DNA of 64,000 nucleotides. Source: Candidatus Hydrogenedentota bacterium. Its GTDB lineage: Bacteria > Hydrogenedentota > Hydrogenedentia > Hydrogenedentales > SLHB01. Below the pieces are notes generated by a model that was given only the letters and a program-made list of their open reading frames with translations, was not told the origin of the DNA and ran no database searches. The DNA lies in contig JAKPDK010000167.1 of the NCBI GenBank assembly GCA_029552745.1, positions 7,622 to 71,621 of the forward strand, in the 5' to 3' direction. The translations under genes and the position numbers were made by a program. Shown here piece by piece: positions 40,005-47,967 of the stretch. Every line of letters starts with the position of its first letter. The first letter of the stretch is position 1.

Positions 40005-41369
40005 ATGAAAATCTGCATTATTGCCAACGTGGGGCAGCGGGATTTGATGATAGATGGTAAGCCCCTGCCTTCGGAGAAATTACGGGAGTACTCCAAAGAA
40101 ATAAACGAAAATTATGAATCTCAAAAAGGCAGGCTTAGCGCGCCTTTACTAGAACCCGCTATGAATCTAATCTTGAACGAGTTTGACAATAAAACAGAAA
40201 TTAAAATGACTCTCATCGCGACCAACCAGGAAGACCTAAACTTTCAGAAGGGGGACACCATATACTGCGCAAAAGTTTTGGAGAAGCTTTTGAAAGCAAA
40301 GTTCTCGAAAAAAACGAGCTTGGATATAAGAATCAGAGAACTAAAGTCTCCTCCGAACATGTATGATGCAATGATCCCTTGTTATATGGGTTGGGCGCAA
40401 AGCAGAAAGTTTCAAACGGAGAATGCCGACCGTGTGTATCTGATATGTACCGGAGGAACGCCGGCTTGCAACACCGCATTGCTTTTGGCAGGTATCAGCG
40501 TATTCCGCCATAAATGCGAGGCTATTTACATTAATGAAAGAGACAAGAATCCGTATCCTTTACAAGTCGGCAAGCAGGTACTCGGTTTGTACCGAAAAGA
40601 GCGTCTCAATGCCTTGTTAAAGAGGCATGATTTTGCCGGTATCGCCGCCGACACAGAACAAGCACAGGAGGTGCGCGATGTTGCTGGCGCTGCCGCGGCG
40701 CGATTAAATTTCGACTTCGAAAAGATGAAGAGGCATTTGGCACCCCTCGTCCGCGAGCCTTTTCTTCGCTCCCTCATAGGGTCTCTGTGGGATGAAGCGA
40801 ATACATTGACAAAAAACGACTGTGAACGGGTAAAGAAACTACGAGAACTCTATTGGAATGCCGTTTTGAAATGGGAGGCAGAAGAATGCGCGGATTTTCT
40901 CGGAAGGGTGTTTCGGTTGCGCGAAGAAGCCCTGCGTGTGGGGGTCGAAAGGGTCAGCGGGATTGCCCTCGATAGTACGCAAGCAAATGACAAAAAGCTT
41001 TGGGATTGGGTAAGAGAAGATCCTGAATTGGAACAAAAAATGGGAAACAAGAGCGGCTCACACCCCAGTACAGAGGTCCTTTCGAAAGTTTTGGAGATAG
41101 AATCTGCCAAATTTCCCGAGGTCCGAGGTCTTTACGAGACATCGGAGTGGTTCAGGGATTTATCCCAACTGCGTAATAAAAGCATCATAGCCCACGACAC
41201 ACAAGGGGTCTCCAAAGAAAATATTCTCGAGAAAATCACTGGAACGGAAGAAACCATTTTTGACCAATTGAAGCGACTTTGCGAGTTGTTGGGTGTGGAG
41301 ACGGGTGAAAACCCCTACGATGAATTTGCAAAAGCCATCCACCAAATCGACGAAAAGGTGAATCGCTGA
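40005..41369 (+). CDS. Csm6/Csx1-like CARF-HEPN family protein (putative cyclic-oligoadenylate-activated RNase), orphan
   Basis: The track ORF starts at GTG 39981; the ATG at 40005 with GAGGAAA upstream is more likely. N-terminal 'KICIIANVGQRD' and Gly-rich 'VYLICTGGTPACNTALLLAG' resemble the CARF ligand-binding core. C-terminal 'LRNKSIIAHD' fits the HEPN Rx4-6H motif. The first ~600 bp are visibly A/T-rich. Motif-level call only. Confidence 0.5.
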   Translation: MKICIIANVGQRDLMIDGKPLPSEKLREYSKEINENYESQKGRLSAPLLEPAMNLILNEFDNKTEIKMTLIATNQEDLNFQKGDTIYCAKVLEKLLKAKFSKKTSLDIRIRELKSPPNMYDAMIPCYMGWAQSRKFQTENADRVYLICTGGTPACNTALLLAGISVFRHKCEAIYINERDKNPYPLQVGKQVLGLYRKERLNALLKRHDFAGIAADTEQAQEVRDVAGAAAARLNFDFEKMKRHLAPLVREPFLRSLIGSLWDEANTLTKNDCERVKKLRELYWNAVLKWEAEECADFLGRVFRLREEALRVGVERVSGIALDSTQANDKKLWDWVREDPELEQKMGNKSGSHPSTEVLSKVLEIESAKFPEVRGLYETSEWFRDLSQLRNKSIIAHDTQGVSKENILEKITGTEETIFDQLKRLCELLGVETGENPYDEFAKAIHQIDEKVNR

Positions 41370-42325
41370 TGCCGCTGGAACGTTTAACCGCTACCGAACA
41401 GGATGTTTGTTTCCGGGCGTTGGAATCGTTGCGTCTACCGGCGTATAAAGGCTCTACCTTCCGCGGCGCTTTTGGCCATGCCTTCAAACACGTGGCGTGC
41501 GCCTTAAAGACCAACGTCTGTGCCAAATGTCTGTTGCGACATCGCTGCGCCTATAGTGTGTGTTTCGAAACTCCCGTGCCCCAAGAAGCCGAGATCCTGC
41601 GCAAGTATCCTTTTGCGCCGCATCCGTTTGTATTGGAACCGCCTCAAGACGACCGCCGGGAGTACGAACCGGGCGCAGAACTGCAGGTGCGGCTGTATTT
41701 GGTGGGAAAAGCACAGGAATATTTGCCTCATTTTATATACGCCTTCGAAGAGATGGGCAAACGGGGACTGGGGAGGGAACCGGGCAAAACGGAACTGGTG
41801 TGGGTACGGAGCCGCCGGAACGGGGAAACCAACTTGATTTATGACGGCAATGCCCAAGAACTCGTGGGTGCCCCTATGGTTTGGTCAGCTCATGAGATTG
41901 CCACGCGATCATCGACCCTGGCGGGAATACCTTTGCGCCTCATTTTTGAAACGCCTACAAGGGTTAAATCCGAAGGTAGATTGGCCGCGGCACCCGACTT
42001 TGCCACACTCGCCCCAAGTCTGCTGCGGCGGTTGAACATGTTGCATTACTTCTTTTGCGGCGGAGAATTTGCCCGCGACATTCACCCACTGTTGGACGCC
42101 GCACGTGGCGTGAAAACCTTGGAGACCGAGATGCGCTGGGTGGATTGGACGCGCTATTCCGCACGGCAAGATGCTACCATGCAGTTGGGTGGATTCGTCG
42201 GCACAATGACGATTAGCCCGCCGCCCGAAAATGTCCTCGTTTATATCCTCTGGGGAGAATTGTTGCATCTCGGCAAGGGCGGCGCGTTCGGCCTAGGAAA
42301 ATACCGCATCGAACCGATCGAGTAG
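41369..42325 (+). CDS. Cas6-like RAMP endoribonuclease with N-terminal Cys cluster (putative Zn finger)
   Basis: 318 aa. Its ATG overlaps the upstream stop (cgcTGATGccg). The Cas6-like N-terminus is 'LPAYKGSTFRGAFGHAFKHV'. The Cys cluster is 'CALKTNVCAKCLLRHRCAYSVC'. The glycine-rich loop 'LGKGGAFGLGKY' sits 6 aa from the C-terminus, as in Cas6 (GhGxxxxxGhG). Confidence 0.5.
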   Translation: MPLERLTATEQDVCFRALESLRLPAYKGSTFRGAFGHAFKHVACALKTNVCAKCLLRHRCAYSVCFETPVPQEAEILRKYPFAPHPFVLEPPQDDRREYEPGAELQVRLYLVGKAQEYLPHFIYAFEEMGKRGLGREPGKTELVWVRSRRNGETNLIYDGNAQELVGAPMVWSAHEIATRSSTLAGIPLRLIFETPTRVKSEGRLAAAPDFATLAPSLLRRLNMLHYFFCGGEFARDIHPLLDAARGVKTLETEMRWVDWTRYSARQDATMQLGGFVGTMTISPPPENVLVYILWGELLHLGKGGAFGLGKYRIEPIE

Positions 42326-42342
42326 AACATGCTGAAACTTGC

Positions 42343-43284
42343 TTATCGGTGCAAGAGTTCCCATGCGTGAACGAGGCGGGTTAGCAATGCGTTCGTCGGA
42401 CAGGCAACCCCGCTTTCTGCACCCATCCGTGCGATGGCGCCGTTCAACGCATCGATTTCCGTTCTGCGTCCGAGTTTGAAATCTTCCCGCATGCTTGCAT
42501 AATGTGCCGCTGTCGGCGGAATAAGATCCTCAAACAGGTGATGGATATACTCCTCTGCGGTGGAAGGTTTCAGGACGACATGGCGCGCCGCTGCCGTCGC
42601 ATAGAGCTCCCGCACGATCTCACCCATCATCACGCGCGTATCCTCGGCTTCCAATAATTTGCCGTATGGTACGTCCAGTAAGGCAGAAAGTGGGTTCAAC
42701 GCACAGTTATACGCCACTTTTGCCCAAAGCACCGTCGCAATTTCTTCCGTATACACAGTGGGAATACCCGCATCATTCATTGTCTGCGCCATCGCACGTA
42801 CCCTTTCCACCGGCGCGTCGGCGCTATAAACGCCCAGCGCGGTGGGTTGAGCGATCACCGTAATCTCAATCCAACCGGGTTCACACACACGAACCCCATA
42901 GATAGCCCGCGCACCCACCGTGCGAGACCAGCCAAACACGCCCGCTATCGTTTCGGCATTACCCAGGCCATTCTGATATGAACATACGAGTGTGTCTGGA
43001 GCGACTACCGGCAAAATCGTTCGAGCCGCCGATGCGGTATCGTATGACTTCACCGTAATAAACACCCAATCAAAGTGGGAATAGGGGACATCCACCACTT
43101 GGGTGCAGACCTGCAAACGGCACGCGCGATGTTCTCCCCAAATACCGGTGATGCGTAAACCGTCCCGCGCAATCGCGCTCATATGGGATTCTCTGCCTAT
43201 CAGAACAACATCGTGACCCGCTAGAGACATAAAACCGCCCACCGCGCTACCGATCGCCCCGGCTCCCATAACCAAAACACGCAT
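42343..43284 (-). CDS. panE: 2-dehydropantoate 2-reductase (ketopantoate reductase)
   Basis: 'MRVLVMGAGAIGSAVGGFMSLAGHDVVLIGR' Rossmann N-terminus, with the C-terminal ApbA_C pattern 'KVAYNCALNPLSALL...YASMREDFKLGRRTEIDALNGAI'. Confidence 0.8.
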   Translation of the reverse strand: MRVLVMGAGAIGSAVGGFMSLAGHDVVLIGRESHMSAIARDGLRITGIWGEHRACRLQVCTQVVDVPYSHFDWVFITVKSYDTASAARTILPVVAPDTLVCSYQNGLGNAETIAGVFGWSRTVGARAIYGVRVCEPGWIEITVIAQPTALGVYSADAPVERVRAMAQTMNDAGIPTVYTEEIATVLWAKVAYNCALNPLSALLDVPYGKLLEAEDTRVMMGEIVRELYATAAARHVVLKPSTAEEYIHHLFEDLIPPTAAHYASMREDFKLGRRTEIDALNGAIARMGAESGVACPTNALLTRLVHAWELLHR

Positions 43285-43618
43285 AAATGTTTAGCTCCTA
43301 TCTCTGTACGAACTTCGTCCAGTAACTCCAGTATACTTGTACGGCCATTTGGGCTGGAAACTTTCTTGCCGCAAAGCCGAGCGCTTGCCAAAAAAGACAA
43401 GAAAAGTCCTGATAAAAACCCTCAATTCACTAGTTGTTTTTAAGCAATAGTGTCCTGACATGAGACCTCGACTCAATTAAGTCGCAACAAAAACAGAATA
43501 AAACCGGCAAATTTGTGGCATAATACGAACACAGGTGATGTTTTCATTGCATTGGAGTACTTGTAAGCACGGAATGTGAGTCAGCATAGGTTCCTAAACG
43601 AAGACAAGGAAACGCGTC

Positions 43619-46345
43619 ATGTCAAAAGCCAGTCTCGCCCTTCTCTCGATGTCAATTGTATTATTTAGCGCAACGGCTGATATTCAAACCACTCCGGATC
43701 CGGATACCTGGGTCGTCAATGGTCCCATTTACTCCATGGCGGCAACCCCCTCCGCTGTCTATTTAGCTGGGTTGTTTTCCAGGGTCAGTCCTTACACAGG
43801 TGGTGCCGTACCTTTGAGCACCACAAACGGGACAACCGTGGGAAGCTTTGCCAAAGTCAACGGCCAGGTATTCGCTATCGAACCCGATGGGTCGGGCGGT
43901 TGGTTTATCGGTGGAGACTTCACTTCTGTCGGGTCTCAGAACCGAAACCACCTCGCTCATATCCTGCCTGACGGTACGGTTGATGGGGCATGGGTAGCCG
44001 ACGCTGACAATGTCGTTTGGGCGTTGGCAGTTTCAGGGAGCACGCTGTATGTTGGCGGACAATTTGACACCATTGGCGGCGAATCGCGCAGCCGCATTGC
44101 TGCATTGGATAAGTCTACAGGTGCCGTTACAACATGGAACCCAGCCGCCAACGATATCGTGGGAACACTGGTGGTATCAGGCAGCGTCGTTTATGCCGGT
44201 GGCAATTTTACAATCATCGGCGGACAGAACCGAACGTGTCTCGCTGCATTAGATACCTCGTCCGGGGGTGCGACAACCTGGAACCCCAGTCCTAACGGTG
44301 TGGTTTATAGCATTGCCATAGATGGGGACACCATTTACGTCGGTGGTCAATTCACGAGCATAGGTGGGGCGACACGTAATCGAATTGCCGCGATCAGCGC
44401 GACGACGGGCACGGCCACGGCGTGGAATCCCGACGCCAATGGCACCGTTCGTGTAGTCAAACTCGCCGGGGGGAATGTATACGCCGGCGGGCAGTTTACC
44501 ACTATTGGTGGACAATCGCGAACCTACCTAGCCGCCTTGGATCCTAGCACGGGGCTCGCAACGTCGTGGAATCCACAGGCGAGCAATTACGTATATGCCC
44601 TGGTGACTGCTGACGGAATACTGTACGTTGCTGGCGCTTTTGGTCAAGTTGCGGGGCAGTCCCGAGATTTCCTCGCCGCATTTGACATATCATCCGGAAA
44701 TCTCACCGATTGGAATCCCGGCGCGGATGACACGTGCGCCGCTCTAGCGGCTGCGGGAAACGTCGTCTACGTCGGAGGATTGCTCGCCGGAGTTGGGGGT
44801 GTTGTACGTAACAATATTGCGGCGATCGACCCCCTCAGCGGCGCGGCGACCTCTTGGAATCCAAATGCCAATGAAAGGGTCAATGTTCTCGCTGTTTCCG
44901 GAGACACGGTCTATGCCGGTGGCGCATTTACTGAAATCGGAGGACAAGTGAGAAATCGTCTAGCCGCCCTTGATACGACAGCAGGCGCTGCAACTTCCTG
45001 GAATCCAGATCTCAATAACTGGGTGTATGCTTTGGTACCTCAAGGGGATACAGTCTACGTCGGCGGGGAATTCACCTCGGTGGGTACAACCACACGAAAC
45101 CGTATCGCAGCTATTAATACCACGACAGGACTTCGCACGTCGTGGAATCCTGACGCAAACGACTGGGTAATTGCGCTGGCGTACGCCGACAATACCATTT
45201 ACGCTGGCGGAAGATTCACACAGATTGGAGGCCAAGCGCGCGGCAGGCTTGCTGCACTAAATACAACCGATGGGAGCGCCACTTCGTGGACGGCTGATGC
45301 AAACTGGTACGTATACACATTATTAGCGCATGAAAACACCTTATATGTTGGAGGCGCTTTTACTACACTCAGCGGCCAAGCTCGGAGCGGAATCGGCGCC
45401 TTGAACCGCACCACGGGAGCGGCGCTCGGTTTTAATCCTACGGCAAATGACTATGTGTCGGCTTTGGCATGGCTTTATGGGAAACTGTACGTTGGCGGCG
45501 GGTTCACCCAGATTGGCGGCGTCGCGCGTTTGCGTTGGGCGGAACTCGACCCAACAACCGGCACACCCACTTCCTTTAACGCAGGGGCTGACGCGCCCGT
45601 TGTCACGCTCGCAACCTCACCAAGCGCCTTATATGTAGGAGGGACATTTTACAAAATCGGCGGCAACGCCCGCGGTGCATTTGCTCAATTCAATACATTA
45701 CTCGGAACGGTCACCGTCGATGTGACGCCCAATACAGCGAGCTGGACATTGGCGGGTCCGCCGGGATTTGAAGGCAACGGCACAACGTATACCGGCGACC
45801 ACACGTTTACCGATGCTCCAATAGGTGACTACACGTGGACAGGGAATGCCCTGGCGGGGTACAACACACCTGCAACACAGACTCAGACACTTACCGACGG
45901 TGGTACGATCACGTTTACCAAGACCTGGACGCCGCAGGTAGGCACGGTGGTAGTGGATGTGACGCCGGATACGGCAAACTGGACGTTGGCAGGTCCGCCG
46001 GGATTTGAAGGCAACGGGCAGACCTACACGGGCGACCATATGTTTACCGATGCTCCAATAGGTGACTACACGTGGACAGGGAGTGCCCTGGCGGGGTACA
46101 ACACACCTGCCACACAGACCCAGACACTGACCAACGCCGGTACGATTACCTTCACAAAGACGTGGACTGCTACCGGTGGTGGAGGGGGCACCCCTGGGGG
46201 TTGTACGAAACAGTTGGCGATGGGCGCGGAGGGTTCCCAGACGTATGCCACGTTGCCGGCACCGGCAGATGTGATGTTGTTGCTGGGCAGCGGCGCTGCG
46301 CTTGCATTAGCGGGTAGAATAGGTAACAGACGGAGGAAGAAGTAG
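43619..46345 (+). CDS. secreted beta-propeller repeat protein (DUF5122/delta-60-type repeats) with two Ig-like domains and a VPLPA/PEP-CTERM-like C-terminal sorting tail
   Basis: 908 aa with a signal peptide. There are at least 10 copies of the ~50-aa repeat 'VYVGGxFTxIGGQxRNRLAALDxxTGAATxWNPxANxxVxAL'. The C-terminus 'TLPAPADVMLLLGSGAALALAGRIGNRRRKK' has a motif, a hydrophobic helix and a basic tail. Confidence 0.7.
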   Translation: MSKASLALLSMSIVLFSATADIQTTPDPDTWVVNGPIYSMAATPSAVYLAGLFSRVSPYTGGAVPLSTTNGTTVGSFAKVNGQVFAIEPDGSGGWFIGGDFTSVGSQNRNHLAHILPDGTVDGAWVADADNVVWALAVSGSTLYVGGQFDTIGGESRSRIAALDKSTGAVTTWNPAANDIVGTLVVSGSVVYAGGNFTIIGGQNRTCLAALDTSSGGATTWNPSPNGVVYSIAIDGDTIYVGGQFTSIGGATRNRIAAISATTGTATAWNPDANGTVRVVKLAGGNVYAGGQFTTIGGQSRTYLAALDPSTGLATSWNPQASNYVYALVTADGILYVAGAFGQVAGQSRDFLAAFDISSGNLTDWNPGADDTCAALAAAGNVVYVGGLLAGVGGVVRNNIAAIDPLSGAATSWNPNANERVNVLAVSGDTVYAGGAFTEIGGQVRNRLAALDTTAGAATSWNPDLNNWVYALVPQGDTVYVGGEFTSVGTTTRNRIAAINTTTGLRTSWNPDANDWVIALAYADNTIYAGGRFTQIGGQARGRLAALNTTDGSATSWTADANWYVYTLLAHENTLYVGGAFTTLSGQARSGIGALNRTTGAALGFNPTANDYVSALAWLYGKLYVGGGFTQIGGVARLRWAELDPTTGTPTSFNAGADAPVVTLATSPSALYVGGTFYKIGGNARGAFAQFNTLLGTVTVDVTPNTASWTLAGPPGFEGNGTTYTGDHTFTDAPIGDYTWTGNALAGYNTPATQTQTLTDGGTITFTKTWTPQVGTVVVDVTPDTANWTLAGPPGFEGNGQTYTGDHMFTDAPIGDYTWTGSALAGYNTPATQTQTLTNAGTITFTKTWTATGGGGGTPGGCTKQLAMGAEGSQTYATLPAPADVMLLLGSGAALALAGRIGNRRRKK

Positions 46346-46362
46346 TCCAATCGCAGAGAGTT

Positions 46363-46410
46363 CCCCTGCTGCCGAGTGCCGTGGAGGCTTCGGCGGCAGG
46401 GGTTTTATGT
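46363..46410 (+). terminator. rho-independent terminator after the propeller-protein gene
   Basis: Hairpin 'cccctgctgccgag...cttcggcggcagggg' followed by TTTTATGTAT, starting 18 nt after the stop. Confidence 0.5.
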
Positions 46411-46454
46411 ATGGGTCTATGTTTTTCTCAGTATCTTTACTTTCTTGCCACGCT

Positions 46455-46965
46455 CCTCCCGGTTGTCATTGCGAGGAGCCCCGAAGGGGCGACGTGGCAA
46501 TCCCCTTAGGATTTTGGGGATGACCATGCCCTGGGTTCTCTTGCGCAGCGCGGTTGAGGGGATTGCTTCGTCGCGTCGGAGACTCCGCTCCTCGCAATGA
46601 CAACGCGGGGGACCTCAAACCCAACGGGCTAGGGTGAGACCCTTCCCTTCCATCCCCTGTAGGGGCGAGCCCCCGTGTTCGCCCTTCCCCGTCCACGGCA
46701 GAACTACCTTCACCGCCCATTCTTGGCCTTCCCTGTAGGTGCGAGGCATGCCTCGCACCCCGCCGTTACGCGATTCAGCCCCCCTTTGTCCCCCTGCACG
46801 CGGGGGGATGGAAGATTAAAACAGGCTGCAAACCTATTCGTATTCGTATCGCCTGTGGGTGCCAGGGGTCTAACATTGGGCAACCACGGGGGGTTGCCCC
46901 TACGATGTTCAGAATAACCCGTTTTGCCCATTGCCTCCGGGTGTCATTGCGGGCACCGTAGGGCA
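46455..46965. repeat. MITE-like composite element (~500 bp; same family as the 14.2-kb array)
   Basis: 'gttgtcattgcgaggagccccgaaggggcgacgtggcaatcccctta...ggttgaggggattgcttcgtcgcgtcggagactccgctcctcgcaatgaca...ctgtaggggcgagcccccgtgttcgccc...tgtaggtgcgaggcatgcctcgcacc...ggcaaccacggggggttgcccctacgatgttcagaataac'. Confidence 0.8.
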
Positions 46966-47121
46966 AGAAGGGCGCTGGGGAAAACGGGATCATCTTTTGG
47001 GCCCCATCCGCTTGCAGGACCATGTACTTACGTCACCTTTCTCGATAGGTTATTTTTGATTCCTTAGAGCAAGGCGGGGTATTCTTTTTGCCATTTTAAT
47101 TTTGTAACCATAGGGGACTAT

Positions 47122-47931
47122 ATGATGAAGTGTGGCTTGGTGTTTTTATGTTTGATGTGTATCACCGCAGTTGTTTTTTCAGAAACGAAGAACCAAGAAG
47201 AGGCTTTGAATGATCAAAGTGAAACGGCCTCTGGGAACGCTGAGGCCAAGAGTCCTTGGTACCTCATCTTGGGCGTGTCCAATGTGTATCCTGGACTGAG
47301 AGAAAGCGAACATGAGATCAACCGCGACATCAATGGAAGACTGGGGAGTCTGTTTCCGCGCTGGAATAAACCGGAGACATTCTCGGATTGGCGCGATGAA
47401 ATGCGGCTATGGGACCTGCAAGTGGGGGTAGGCAGACATTTGTCGCCGCGGTGGTCCGCTTTTGCTATCGTAGGTGGGATCATGGGTACGGCACGAACAC
47501 GCAACGGGTATTTCCCGTTGGGGTTTCCGATCCACATCTACACGAAATTTGAGCGAAAGGTCTGGTTTCTCGCCAGCGGCGTAGATTACTATCCTTGGGG
47601 GAAAGCGGAATTCCCCAAAGAATCCACCCACACCAATCCCATCACCAAACGGCTGTTTGCCGCAAAACCCTTCCTTGAAGCCGCCGGAGGCTATGTAAAC
47701 GTGTACACTGTCGGGCAGGTAAAGATCGAACTACCTTTTAAAGAGGACCTTGCTAAAATCAAACACGCCGAATATTACGACTTGTTTTACTTGAGTCCCA
47801 GGCTTGGCGTTGACATTCCCCTGTCGGAGGACAATCAATTATCACTCATGGCGGGCTATTTGTTCTTCACCCGTCACCCAGACGAGTATAGCGGCGCATC
47901 TTTTTATATTACGTTTAAGCACCGGTTCTAA
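47122..47931 (+). CDS. secreted hypothetical protein, possible outer-membrane beta-barrel (C-terminal Phe)
   Basis: Signal peptide 'MMKCGLVFLCLMCITAVVFS'. The protein ends '...ITFKHRF'. Alternating amphipathic segments. The 5' end of the gene is A/T-rich. Confidence 0.4.
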   Translation: MMKCGLVFLCLMCITAVVFSETKNQEEALNDQSETASGNAEAKSPWYLILGVSNVYPGLRESEHEINRDINGRLGSLFPRWNKPETFSDWRDEMRLWDLQVGVGRHLSPRWSAFAIVGGIMGTARTRNGYFPLGFPIHIYTKFERKVWFLASGVDYYPWGKAEFPKESTHTNPITKRLFAAKPFLEAAGGYVNVYTVGQVKIELPFKEDLAKIKHAEYYDLFYLSPRLGVDIPLSEDNQLSLMAGYLFFTRHPDEYSGASFYITFKHRF

Positions 47932-47967
47932 CACTTAAGATACTTGAAATCAAGGAGGGAACCGACC

